From Batkoa obscura (Eukaryota), in NCBI GenBank assembly GCA_030770535.1, contig JASVEC010000140.1:1-43105 (forward strand): a DNA stretch of 43,105 nucleotides, in the 5' to 3' direction. Of this stretch, positions 12,268 through 25,163 are shown in pieces. The stretch's first letter is position 1. Each line of letters begins with the position of its first letter. Both the position numbers and the translations under genes were made by a program. The notes beneath the pieces were generated by a model, which saw only the letters and a program-made list of their open reading frames with translations, was not told the origin of the DNA and made no database searches.

Positions 12268-13600
12268 TGAACCAATACTTAGATAGAAATCATAATGAAG
12301 AATAGATTAGACACCACAATTGAATCAGATGGACACCTGAAGGAAATAATGAAAGCAATAAAAAAGATTCTCAAGATGGTATTATTAGGCAATTAAACTA
12401 TTCTCATAATTAATTTTTAGTAAAATTTTTAGATAAATCAACTAAAGACAAGGTTAAAGGATTCTTAGGTGCTTATTTTGCTGTTAGACCCAGAATGGTG
12501 TATTTAATAAAACCAATAAATGGAACTTTTATTGATTTAAGTCCAACTCATTCTTAAAAAAAAATTTACCAAAAAAGTGCAGAAAGACATGAAATAATGA
12601 ATTATACTTGGTGAATTCCAAAGGGTTTAATATTGAAAAAGCAAAATCAATGTTATCATAAAACCCAACCACAGAACCTAAAAAAATCAATGGAAAAGAA
12701 AATCAAAAGCGGAAACTATTGGATATGAAATCCTGAATAGTATAATAATCATTGAAAAAGGAGCTGGTCACAAAATCAGATACTAAAAATAATAAATATA
12801 GTGGCTTAAAGTTTCTTGTAAAAAGAGCATAAAGTGAAAATCACAATTATAAAGATTTAAGCCACAAAACAAAGATAATATAAAAAACAAGATAAAGAAT
12901 TGTAGGACTATATTTATAAGTGCATTGCTAATAAAAATGATAACTAGCCTTATGATAATAAAAGATAAGTTGGATTAAGCGTGGGAGAAAATCATCAGCA
13001 TTAACAATAGAATAGGCCAAATTAAAAACCAAATAGATGTTTATAGTTATAAAGAAAAAGGCAAAATAATAATTTTAATTTCTGAATCTACAAATGCCAG
13101 TGTATAAATCAATATTTGTGGCACTTTCAGAATCAAAAATAGAACATCATAGTAAATTAATTGATAAATCAAAAACTATCAGATCAAATAAAGATGAATT
13201 TCAATAATTTTATGAATTGGTTAATTATTAAAATGATAGAAAAAGTGTGCTACATTTTTGATAATGCTAGATAGAATACTTAATTTAAATGAAGGATTAG
13301 AAAAAAAGATGAACATAACATCCCGGAGTCTACACAGTATTATAGTTGCCTCTCATACATAGTCAATCCCCTTTTAAATTCTGTGGGATTATATTTTAAT
13401 GCACTTAAAGTTAGGGTAATAAATACAAATTATAGCTCCAAACCAAAAGATAATTTTAAAAACATTCTTCAAGCCGAAAAAGAAGCTGGAAGTGAAGAAC
13501 ATTGCCCAAATTATTTTAAACAAACATACAAAAAAGTTTGTTTCTTCATGTAGTGATGGGTATAACATTTTGTGGTAATGTTTATGATCCGATAGAATCA
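12268..13600 (+). pseudogene. Highly decayed Ty3/Gypsy-like gag-pol relic
   Basis: Zinc-knuckle-like KGAGHKIRY (~12757-12783) and RT-thumb-like RSNKDEFQ*FYELVNY*NDR (13181-13240); many stops and deletions. Confidence 0.45.
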
Positions 13601-13622
13601 AATTAAAAAAATAAACTAAAAT

Positions 13623-13723
13623 GGGGATGTTTTTTTTGGTTTCATCACTTTTTCGATTCTTTAAGCGCTATTTGAGTGGAAAGATTGTTAGTAAGATCCT
13701 TTTAAACAAAAAAATACATCCTC
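13623..13723 (+). mobile_element. MITE family A
   Basis: AAAT TSD. Confidence 0.9.
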
Positions 13724-14879
13724 AAATTAAGCCGCTAAACAATATTTATATGGTAAATAAATAAATGTAAAAAAATATTGTAAGTTTTTTGTATTAATAT
13801 AACATGCCTTATCTGATTATTATTATTTTAAAATACCAATTGATTCGAATCTCAGTTGAACAATTAAAAAAACCATCTGTATTTCAATCAAATCACTGAT
13901 TCAATTAAAAATAGCAAACTTTGACTAAAGTTTTGTATGCCCAATTAATCCAAACAGCTATGGGTTTAAAATAATGCTTTTGAATTTAGCTGGACTCGTT
14001 AATAAAGTAATTTTATAAGAAAGTAAGATTTGTCCAACTAATTGTATTTTTGCTATCTAAAATGTTTTCAAAATCTACCACCACCTTGTATAAATTTTTA
14101 CATAACTTAAAGCATAAAATTTACATAAATAATGATTCTGTCAAAAAATAAATTCGACACCTAAACATTGTATTTTTACTATTAAAACTGTTCACAAAAA
14201 TTTATCTAGTATAATTTTTGGTATAATAAAAAGCAAGAAAATTAGAGAAAGTCATTAAAAATCGCGCTTTACACTACTCTTAAAATTTGATTCTAAGCAC
14301 CAAAAGTTTAATTTTGGGCCAGCTCAAAGTTTTAGAAAACTGGATGTTTCAAAAAGAGCAGTTCAATTTTAAATTATGTTATTTTCTATTAAAACCATTA
14401 GACTATTTGGGTTGGTAAAACGGAGCATAAGCACTGATAAAAATACGACTATTGATGCATATGCTGTTTATTAACTTAAGGGTCTGTCCTGATGAAGATT
14501 AAAAGAAATATTAAAAAAGTGGATATATAACCAAGCTATAAGTTTAACCAATCAGGTAAGAAATATTCAGGGAGCTTCAAACAATTACAATATTAAATTA
14601 AGTTCAAATAACTTTTACTTTAAATAAGTTAAATAATCAAAAAGGAAGAATTGTATAGAAATTAAAAGATACAATATAAAATCAATGAGGTTGGTGATAA
14701 AACCACCAACAAAGAAAAGAAAAGGAAAGCAATTTATAGCTAGTGTAAATAAAAAGGTTAAGAAAGCTTCCATGTAATAAATTTCAAAACTATTGCAAAT
14801 AAACAAAACCACAAATATTTAACTATTGAAATGAAAAATCAGCTAATAAATGAATGTAAATACAGAAAAGGTATAGGAT

Positions 14880-15720
14880 AATGAATTGCTAGAAAGTTAG
14901 AATATAAGTAAAATCGATTTTATACTCTGTTAGAAAGGAATTTGATAAGTTAAAGGGTGAGCTCAAAAAAAACACTGAAGATACTGAAGAAACAAAAAGA
15001 GACAAAATTATAGGTTTAAAGAAAAACAATTTTTTATGAAATTGAAAAATGCGGACATGGTTCAAAAACTGCAAAGGGTTTAACAAAGTTAGTTGGTAAA
15101 TGAAAGGAAGGGTTTGTTAAGTATTTCAGTTTCAGCAGTTCAAAGAGAGCTCTTAGAAAACACGATTTATCATACATGTGGAAAAAAGTATCGTCTGTTC
15201 CAAAATCGTGGAATGACCCAAAAATATTTCAAGAGCTGAATTTGTAAAGGATTTTATCAAACTATATGATACAAACCATTTTTATATAGATGAAGTTAGT
15301 TGGAATTGTTTCAACACAGATTTAACTTATGAATATAGTTATACTTTAAAAAGATATAAAGCTAGTAGAATAATAAAAACTCCAAAAGAACTTATTTGTT
15401 TGATTGTGTACTGTCTGTCTCAGTAATTCAGGAAAACTTGCTAAATCATGCTTATTAACAAAACAGGTAAGTAATAGAAAAGTTAAAACAGTAAATAAAT
15501 ACTCATTAATATATTTAAATATTGATTTTGTGCTTTAAATAATACTGAACTTATTTGATAAATTAAAAAATAATACTATTATTGCTAAAAGGTTATCCTT
15601 TTCTATATATGCTCTGCTGCTCTATTCTTAAACCCAATTCCACTTTTTTTCAATTATATTAAAAATTATATAAAGCATATTGGGGTTTTAAACAGAGATG
15701 ATGAGCTCTTATTAATACTA
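14880..15720 (+). pseudogene. IS630/Tc1-mariner-type (DDE_3) transposase pseudogene
   Basis: HTH-like ISVSAVQREL...WKKVSSVPKSWND (~15123-15217), FYIDEVSWN (15280-15306) and FLNPIPLFFNYIK (15625-15663), the last resembling the SPxLNPIE motif. Frameshifted; boundaries approximate. Confidence 0.7.
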
Positions 15721-17257
15721 TTATGGAGAAAAGAATTTAAATTCATACCAACCCAACCTTTTAAAAGTCAAATCTTTTATTATAAAACCAACTTTTATGG
15801 TTTGTTGCTTAGAACAAGTTATAGCTGGGACCAACGCTTAAAGATCTAGATAATGTTTAACTATTTCAAATAAGATGAATCTTATTTTAACATACATTTA
15901 ATATTTAAGGGTCAACTTCAAAAAATGAAATTTTAGCTTTAGCTTTAAAATAAGATTTTTTGAAATTAGCCCAGTTTTCTATAAAACTTTGAAAGCAATG
16001 GAATTTTTTTAAAGACCTCTCTTTCAGTTTCTTAGCTATTTGTTACAATAAGTAGGAATCAACTTTATATAAAGTTGGCTGGATTCTATTAAAAATACGA
16101 TTTGTTTTACTTTTGTATTTACTATCTAAAAGTTTAAAACTCTATTTAAAGTGAATTTTTAATAATAAATAAAAATCAGATTTATATGTTGAATGGTGGA
16201 TTTTGTTAATAATAAGATTTGTCTTTTGCACCTTATAATAAATATACCTTAAATTAATCATGTATTAAAAATGCTAGTTTTTTATAAGTATATTTATAAT
16301 TAATGATATTTATATATTTCATTTGTTAATGGTTTTGAATTGTTTTAACTTTATTTCAAATTCAAATTAAACATTTAGATCATTATAAATTATATTTAAA
16401 TATGTATTAACTCTCCTTTTATGTAATGGATATTTGACTTTTTATAAAAAAGTATAATAAGATTTAATTACAAAAATATATATCGTAATAGACTTTTAAG
16501 TTAATAAACAGTACACATACTTGTTGATAATCATTTTTTTTATTAACAGGGTACTTTTATTAAATTTTGGCTCATTTAAACTAATTTTAAAAGCATTGAC
16601 TAAGCCAAATAGCTATTGTTTTAATTTTGATTTTTTACAGGTATACTAATCAATATTCTAATAATAATACGTATAGATATTATTTCCTAGTGAAGTGTTG
16701 AAAGTTTTTATCTTTACATTAATAAAACACGTTTTGTTAACGCAAAAAAAACTAGTTTAACCTATTTGGGCTAGATTTTTCAGCTTTTAATTAAAACTTA
16801 ACTGATAATTATTTTATATAAACGTTTACCTCAATAAAATCGTACATCTCCAAAATATTCTTCTGATATAATATACTTTTTTATATATGTTTGTAATCTA
16901 ATAATTTTTTTAATATTTACATTTTCTATTTAGAAAATAACTAGACAGTTTAAAGTTCATACAATTGTTAAAAAAAATACCATCTAAAGTTGTTTTATTA
17001 AAAACTGTTAATAAATTTTATTAACTTTGAATTTAAAAGTTTACATCAAAGCAATAATGTAATAAAAAATGAAGAATAAAAATATTTTTGGATAATAAAT
17101 AGAGTTTGTTTTTGATTGCTTTTATATCTTTTATAATATTAAGGTTTGCCCAGAAAAAGTAAATGTGTTATATAATAACTATAGCTTTAAATTTAAGGTT
17201 TTTGAAAAAGCAAGCAAAGTTAAGATGTTTATTATTATTCTCAAGAACGATATATAT

Positions 17258-17353
17258 GGGGGTGTTTTTTTATTTTATCATTTTTTCCATTTTTTAAGTG
17301 TAATTTGAGAAGAAAAATTATTAGTAGAATTATTGAACAAAAAAATACACCTT
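17258..17353 (+). mobile_element. MITE family A
   Basis: ATAT TSD. Confidence 0.85.
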
Positions 17354-17905
17354 ATATATAGTAAATATCATAAATTTAAAATTTTGAATTATATTATTTA
17401 AAATTATTTTATAAAATTAATACTTTTTTATTATTTGTATAACTAAATATAAACTATTATCTAAAAGCTAGCTTAATTATTTTAGGAAAACCAAACTAAA
17501 AATCACTAATAATAGTTTTTCCAGAAAAAACCTAAGAGTTTTGTAACTATTTATTATAGCAATAGTTTTTATCAATATTATTATTCTTTTATACAAAGTT
17601 GTTAAGTACACTCTTAGTTGAATAATACAGTAAACATTATAGTCAGCAAAGATTTTATATTTCTATCTAACTAGATAAAGCTATTTATTTTGGATTTTTT
17701 TAAGCTTAGCATACTTTTACCAAGTTATTAATTTATATTTATATTAATACAAAGGATATTTAACCTGGTTGTAATGCTTTACCAAAAGTTTTGTTAAGAA
17801 TATTAAAATAATTTTTAATTTAATATAAAAGGTTTTTGGCTTTTTATATATAAAGTATTTTAAATATATAGTAGTAAAGTATTAAATTAACTTTATTAAA
17901 ATTTA

Positions 17906-17970
17906 AGGATGTCCGAATTAGTTTTCAGAATTCATCTAAAAATTAACCCAAATTTAAGACTCAAAAGTTA
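17906..17970 (+). mobile_element. Isolated decayed 5' terminus of the Sola2-like element
   Basis: GGATGTCCGAATTAGTTTTCAGAATT; similar to 2275-2340. Confidence 0.7.
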
Positions 17971-18376
17971 AAATATTCAACTTAAAAAACTTGTTTTAAA
18001 CATCTTAACATTAAACAAAGTAGAAGAATAATATATAGGGATGTATTTTTTTGTTTAAGACTTTTACTAATAAAATTCTATTAAACAAAATTTTTACAGT
18101 ATACTAACTATTTGAAGCATACTTTATAAAATCATCTATAACAATTACTTGTATTAGCTTATACATTATTTTATAGATTTTTGTCGTAATTTGAAATTGT
18201 TAAGTACTTTTGCTTTTTGATGAAAAATTTGTTATGGAATTTTTGAGCAAAGTTTTTAAAATACGAAATATTTAAAAAAAATTATATTTCAATATAATGT
18301 TATATAAAACTAAAAGTAGAAGTTATTAATTAATGATAATAATCTTAACTTAGTTTACTTCAATTAATTGAGATAT

Positions 18377-18472
18377 TGGGATGTATTTTTGTATTTAAGA
18401 GTTTTACTAACAATTTTTCCACTTAAATAGCGCTTAACAGATAGAAAAAATAATGAAACCAAAAACATCTTC
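18377..18472 (-). mobile_element. MITE family A
   Basis: ATAT TSD. A further partial copy lies at 18037-18071. Confidence 0.85.
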
Positions 18473-18710
18473 ATATTAATCGTTGATTATTATTTTTTAT
18501 AATTAAAATAACTGTTTAAAATTTTAAATTTTGATTTTTTCTTTTTATAAACAAACTTATTAATGTTTTATATTTTTTAAGCTTAGCTTTTTTTAAGTAA
18601 TATTTTCCAAGTAGTAGTTTTTTTTAAAATATTTTGTACTAAATGTTTTTAACAGTGTATTTTTATTTAGGATATTTTTTATATTTAAATTTATATATAT
18701 TTTTAATACT

Positions 18711-19182
18711 TGTGAAAGTTGGTACTCAGTAGTAGAAGTTAAAAGCAGCTCTTAATTGATTAAATTGCCTCCTTGAGTCGAACGGTCTTAGTTTATGTAA
18801 CTAAGATAGACTTAAATGAATAAGAATAATACGTAACAAGCTACGAACTATGTAAAACAAATAGAATAGATAATACTACTGTAAAATCTACGTAAGATAT
18901 TGTCAGAAAGACTTAGTGGTTTTATTAATGGTACGATATCAGGGAATAATTCAATTAAAAAGTATCGAGTTATCATGTTGAAGGATCTCTTTTATACTCC
19001 AATAAGTATGGATATTAAGACGAGAAGATAATATTCTTTGCAATATGAAGTTAGAAATTCTCGCAGCAAATCAAGATAAGAGACTCTGACTTGATTGTAT
19101 TTGAACTTAACTTGAGAACACAGCAACTTAAGTGATTGTTGTGTTATAATCAATCCGAGAGTTAATAAACCAATATTCCACA
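18711..19182 (+). mobile_element. Solo-LTR-like repeat, family B
   Basis: TGTGAAA...TTCCACA with 4-bp TSD TACT. Confidence 0.85.
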
Positions 19183-19204
19183 TACTGGAACATATATTAT
19201 ATAT

Positions 19205-19303
19205 AGGGGTGTATTTTTTTGTTTAAGAATTTTACTAACAATTTTTCCGCTCAAATAGTGCTTAAAAAATGGAAAAAATAATGAAACCAAAAAAAACACC
19301 CCC
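19205..19303 (-). mobile_element. MITE family A
   Basis: ATAT TSD. Confidence 0.9.
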
Positions 19304-19899
19304 ATATAGCATTTTTAATGTTTAATAAATTAACTTTATTTATAATAAGACTTAATTTATCTTTTTTTTTTTAAATTAATATAAAGCAGTCTAGAACTTA
19401 ATTATAAATTATAAATTTTTATCACTTTGTTTATTACTACCTTATTAAATCAAAACTTTTATATTTTAATAGCTATATTATAAAACCAATATTTGATAAC
19501 AGTTAATTTATTTGATGTTTTTGAAAGCTTTAATTTTCTAGCTGAAAGTTATTATTATATTAGCATAAAACAGCTAAAAATATAATTATAAACCATAATT
19601 AAGCATCCTGCCCAGTTATAATTTTTATTAACAAGTTTTTAATTTTAGTTTAATTTTTTATTAAAATTAAATTATTATCTTATTTATTTATTGTTTATAA
19701 AATATTTTGATTTATTTATTAAAAATATCTTTCAATTATATTTAACAGTTTTTAAAAAATTATTTTATTATCAACTAATCTGTATACTTGAATTATATAA
19801 ATCATATAAATATGAATTTTGTTTTATTAGTAAATATTAATTAAAACCAGTCTAACTAAGCTAATTAGCTTAAAAAAATTAATTAAACAAACAGTATAT

Positions 19900-19996
19900 G
19901 AGGGTGTTTTTTTTTGGCTTCACCACTTTTTCATTTTTAAGCGTCGTTTGAATGGAAAGATTGTTAATAAAACTCTTAAACAAAAAACATACCCTC
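19900..19996 (+). mobile_element. MITE family A abutting the Sola2-like element
   Basis: Shares the ATAT at 19997-20000 with the Sola2 TIR. Confidence 0.9.
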
Positions 19997-20533
19997 ATAT
20001 GGGGGTGTCCGAATTGGTTTCATTTTTTTATCCAATTTTTAAATATTTATATTTTAAAAACTTTGCTTAAAATTCTATAAAAATAAATTCTTTATTAAAA
20101 GCCAAAAGTACCCGACACAGTTTTAAATTATTTTGTTATAATTTATATTGTTAATTAGCGGAATTTTTATCAAATTTAATATAAATTTCTGGATTAGCAA
20201 GGACTTTACTAATATAGCCTGTATAGTGATATTAATCAAAGTTGTAATATGTAAATAAATATATATTTTTATAAAACTTTATTAAAAAATATTTATTGTT
20301 AACTGTTTTACAGCCAACATTGCAGATTTGCTATCAAATAAATAAACTATTTTAGTATTATAATTACATTATCAATATATCGCTAAGTTAATAAATAGCT
20401 GCATGGGAGGGAGTGGTTAGCCCCAAAACTATAATTAACCATCCTTATGTAACACAAGCAGTATAATAATAGTTTTTACTTATTATTACAACTACTTGCT
20501 CTTTGACTATTTATTAACTTAGCTATTATTAAT

Positions 20534-22196
20534 TTAAGTAATATCAACATTTAATAATTGATTTCTATCATCTAATAAGCTACTTACTTGCTTACTAAAT
20601 ATCAAAACTTTTAAATTTTCAGTTATTTTTGTAAGATAAGCTGGGGTTGACCTTTTAATTTTTCTATCCTCTATAGACTCTATAACTTTAATTGTAATTA
20701 TATCGCTTTTTTTGATCTATCAGATACTGGATAACAGTGTAATTTATTACCACGTTTAATAAAATGTAAATACTTTTTAATACCTTTTATTTTTATTATT
20801 TTTTTTGTATCTTTGTTTCTTTCATACTTTTTAAAAATTATATTTATTTGCCCATTATTGACAGTTGAGTTATTAACTCTATTATGTTCACAAATAGAAA
20901 TCTCAAATTTTGAAATTAATTGATCAATATCTTATATTTTACCTAATGCTTCAAGATTATTTTTCCATTGTCAAAGATTTCCAAAATGCCCGTCAACTAT
21001 ACTTTTTCCATGATGCTCAGCAAAAAAATTAAGATCAATATTTAAACTACTATTTATTTTATAAATTCCTTCAAATACATAATGTAAAAACTCTTGAGAT
21101 TTAAAATGATATCCTGTATCTGCCCATATATTAATTTTTGTAAACTTTTTAAATAAAGGAAGGCTCTTTAGATATCAAATCAATTAAATAATCAAAATAA
21201 ACTTTGCTTATTGTTTTATTATTTTTAAATATAAAACACTAAATTTTAATATTGATATAGCTTGTTTATTATAATGATCTAGATTTATTAAGTCTGGTTT
21301 TGTTCCTATTTCCATATTTTGTTTAAAGTCTAAAATTATTATACAACTTCTATTATTTAATTTTTCAATAGTTTCATTGGGTATGTTTTTTTGAGTATCA
21401 ACACAAAATTCATGTAATTTATATAACCTTTTTTCTTTATTAAAAGATTCCTCTATCTCTGCTTTATTTTCTGTCGCTGTATTTATTTTATTTTCAAATA
21501 ACTTTTTTCTAACTGTATACTGGGCACATATATTACATAAATCTGTTTTTCTTGCTGGATTTTTAAAATTATTTGGTATATATTTGGAAAATGTTGACCT
21601 AGCTACTGCTTTATATTTCAAATCATTAAAATATTTACTGTATATCATTCTTCTACTTTTATTTAATATATATATATTGCCTGACGAATATTTATTATCA
21701 TTATTTTTTTATTGAATCTTGATGAAATAGTTGAATTATTAAGTAAATATTGTATAATAATCTCGATTTGCTCATCTTTAATTTTTTTTGTATTTTTGAT
21801 AGTAGGTCGTAATGTTGGTGTTTTATTATTATTGATTATTTTTGAATAATCATATTGATTTCTACTTGTATTAAATCCAAAACTTTTACATTCATCAAAA
21901 GAATATACTGAAGCTATAGTCGATAATAATGCTACTTGTTCGTTTTTATTTCCTGTTTCCTTTAAAGCACCAATTTTATATATTGCTTGATTAAGTCTGT
22001 TATTATTAATAGCAAACTTTAATGACATTTCTTTTCTTTTTTTTGTTTTATTATAAAATTCCATAAACTTTGGGCTATTGTGAATAGTTGCTAAAATTAA
22101 TGTAAATGAATCACAATGTTTATATAATGTGCTTCTCCCTATCGTATTAAAATTTTTAGAAATTCCATCTCGAAGTTTAGTTATAAAAGCTTGCAT
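20534..22196 (-). pseudogene. Sola2-type DDD transposase (~550 codons, frameshifts and stops)
   Basis: Joins ORFs 21663-22196 and 21208-21648 across A-run frameshifts. Motifs KTDLCNIC, IIILDFKQN, IWADTGYHFKS and NFFAEHHGKSIVDGHFG match the Sola2 DF.EN / SDG..QYK / FF..HGK..DG pattern. Confidence 0.8.
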
Positions 22197-22287
22197 TTTG
22201 TTTTTATTTTAATAAAAAATAAAGTCAAATAACTATATAATCATATATTATATAGCTATTGAATATTTAATAAAAAATACAAAACAC

Positions 22288-22648
22288 TGTGAAATATCGT
22301 TTCATCAGCTCTGTGATTGATTATTGCATAATAATCACTTAACTTGTTTACAAAACTAGTTGGAGTATAAAATAGATTTTTCAACATAATAGCTCAAGGC
22401 TTTTTAATTGAATTGTTCCCTAATATTTTACTTTTAATAAAGCCACTAAGTCTTTCTGACAATATCTTATGTAGATTTTACAGTAGTATCCTGTATTCTA
22501 TTTATTTTACATAGCTCGTAGCTTATTGCGTATTACTCCTATTGATTTAAGTCTATCTTAGCTACATAAACTAAGGTCTTTTGACTTACGGCCAGTTAAC
22601 TAAGGTAGAACTGCCTCTAACTCCAATTACTGAGTACTAACTTTCACA
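22288..22648 (-). mobile_element. Solo-LTR-like repeat, family B (short variant), inserted upstream of the transposase
   Basis: Reverse-complement TGTGAAA...TTTCACA with an internal deletion. Confidence 0.8.
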
Positions 22649-22736
22649 AACATATAATCAAAAAAATAAAATAAAATAAAATAAATAAAATAAGTCTTTA
22701 AGTTAAATTCTGAAACCAATTCGGACACCCCCATAT

Positions 22737-22817
22737 AAAGATATAAATTTTCTTGTTCAAAGATTTTAATAATAATACTTAAAATAGAAAAACGATAAAA
22801 TCAAAAAAAAACACTTT
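22737..22817 (-). mobile_element. Degenerate MITE family A abutting the other Sola2 end
   Basis: Eroded reverse-complement match between ATAT motifs. Confidence 0.55.
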
Positions 22818-23948
22818 TATATTATTTAAAATAAAACAAAATATTTTAAAATATAAGTATAAAAATTAATTTAATAAAAATAGTTTTAATTAGTTTATTG
22901 TTTTAAATAAAAAGTATTATAGCTTTATTGTTATTTTTAAGCTTTAAAATAGCAGTTATAAAATTTAAATCAAAATCTGGGTTATGAGTATTTTATTAGT
23001 ATAATTTAAAAATTACAAAATTGATTTTTTTATTTGTTTATTAAATAAAAATATTTTATATAATTTTATCCAGCTTTTAATGATTATTAAAGTAAAAAAA
23101 TTAAAACATCGATTTTTTAAAAACAAAATAAAAAACTAAGTTGTTTTTTTGTTAATTTTTTTATTGCTATATAAGCTTTTTTTTAAAACTGCAGTTTTTT
23201 GTTTATATTTGTTTTGTTAACTAAAGTTTGAAACTTATTAATTTAATGTTTATTATTTTTTAAATATAAAACATTAAATTTTAATACTGATATAGCTTGT
23301 TTATTATAATGATCTAAATTTATTAAATCTGTTTCTTTTTATATTTTTATATTTTAAGCTATAATTTAATAATTATTAAAATTATTAAAATTTCAAAATT
23401 TCAGTTTTTTATTTATAGCTATTTTTTATTAATATAAGCAAAATTGTCCTTAATAATCATATTAATTTTAAATTTTTAAATTTTATCAGTTTTTATTTTA
23501 AAACTTTGATTAAAATTTAATTTATAATTATTAAAATAGAAAAATAAAAGTTTTATTAATAAAATTGTTCTTGTAAACATTTAAAAATTAAATATATAAA
23601 TAATTTAATTAAACCTGTAATAAGCTTTACAAATAAAAAATATTTTATAATTTAAAATGTTTATGCTTATTTCTAAATTAAATTATTTATTATCAGCTTG
23701 TTTAAATAAATATAAATATTACAGTATTATAAAATAATGCCACTTATACAGATTAATTTAGATGAAGAAGTTCTAAAATTAACTCAGACTTTTGATAGTT
23801 TTAAATAATTTAAAAAAGCAATGCAAATTGTAAAAATTAATCTTATAATTTACATTTTAATTATTTAAATATTATTATCCCTTATTTTTATATCAAAGCT
23901 TATTATATGGCTTATTTTTTAAATTATACTTATTTTTATTTTATATAA

Positions 23949-24047
23949 GGGGGTGTTTTTTTTGGCTTCATTATTTTTTCCATTTTTTAAGTACTATTTA
24001 AGCGGAAAGATTGTTAGTAAAATTCTTAAACACAAAAATACATCCCC
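23949..24047 (+). mobile_element. MITE family A
   Basis: ATAA TSD. Confidence 0.9.
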
Positions 24048-24283
24048 ATAATTTATTAATAAACTTTTTGTGCTTATAGTATTTTATGACCTCAATTTTT
24101 ATTGCAAAATACTTTTTATTTTTTTTGGTTGTTATATTAAATAATATTTTAATATAAATATTTATTTTCTTTAGTTACGTCTTTTTACTATTATTAAATA
24201 TCTGACTTTTAATAAATATTGGTATATAATAATAGCTTTAAAAAAATTTCTGATAGCATTTTTTTATATATATTATTTTATAT

Positions 24284-24380
24284 AGAGATGTTTTTTAGCT
24301 TCATTATTTTTTCCGTTTTTTAAGCGCTATTTCAGCGGAAAGATTGTTAGTAAAACCTTTAACAAAAAAATACATCCCCC
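24284..24380 (+). mobile_element. MITE family A
   Basis: ATAT TSD. Confidence 0.85.
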
Positions 24381-24669
24381 ATATGTTAAAAAAAATAAGA
24401 AAATAAAATAGTGTTTAAAAAAAATAAAATTATTTCTTTGTAATTAAAGCAAATAAGTTTAAAACCTACTTGTTATAAAATATTATTTTACTAGCTTTAT
24501 AATTACTTTAAAGTTTTTTATTTAAATTTGTTATAAAAATTCCTGCCACACTTAATTGCAAAAGATGTTATCATTTTATTTTAATGTCTATATTTACCAA
24601 CTATAAAAAATAACTGTTGTTATGTTTTATATATATATACTACCTAGTTAAAACATAAAAAAGATTTTT

Positions 24670-24932
24670 TAATATAATAACTTAGAGTTTTTTTATTAAA
24701 TTGGTCCTTGATATTGTATTTTTTAATAAAGCTATTGAGTTTTATAACATTTTATATAAATCTTATAACAACGTTTTTTATTTTATTTGTTTTACATAGT
24801 TTATAGCTTATTTTATATTGTTTTTATTAATTTAAGTCTATTTTAATCATATGAACTAATTTTTTTAGCCTATAGCTAATTAACTAAGCGAAAACTGCTT
24901 TTAACTCCAATTATTAAACACCAACTTTTATA
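24670..24932 (-). mobile_element. Heavily eroded family B copy
   Basis: AAAACTGCTTTTAACTCCA...CCAACTTTTATA matches the reverse complement of the family B 5' end. Left boundary uncertain. Confidence 0.65.
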
Positions 24933-25068
24933 TTATTGTTATAAAATTATGATATTAGAAATGCTTGATTTAAAAAAAAAGTATTTATTGTTTTTTAAAG
25001 ATAACTATTATTAAATTTAATAACAATTTCACTTTTAAATAAAAACCAAAAATTTTAATATAAAGTAT

Positions 25069-25163
25069 GAGTCTGTTTTTTTTGACTTTCCTTTTTCCAT
25101 CTTCTAAGCACTATTTGAGCGCAAAAACTGTTAGTAAAATTCCTAGACACAAAAAATATCTCC
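25069..25163 (+). mobile_element. MITE family A, diverged
   Basis: Consensus match. Confidence 0.8.

Larger units (their letters stand above)
20001..22732 (-). mobile_element. Sola2-like DNA transposon, near full length, with nested family B copy
   Basis: Perfect 22-bp TIRs GGGGGTGTCCGAATTGGTTTCA (20001-20022, 22711-22732), 4-bp TSD ATAT, GRG termini, and an internal transposase. Confidence 0.85.

Noticed and set aside
14484..14515. Hammerhead-like CTGATGA...GAAA (CTGATGA also occurs at some family B 3' ends)
   Set aside because: No convincing stems II/III; family B has GATA instead of GAAA and most copies lack the core.
20534..22196. Alternative genetic code (TAR=Gln) to explain in-frame stops
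   Set aside because: Breaks are mostly frameshifts, one TAA corresponds to GAA in copy 2, and Gln is encoded by CAA/CAG.
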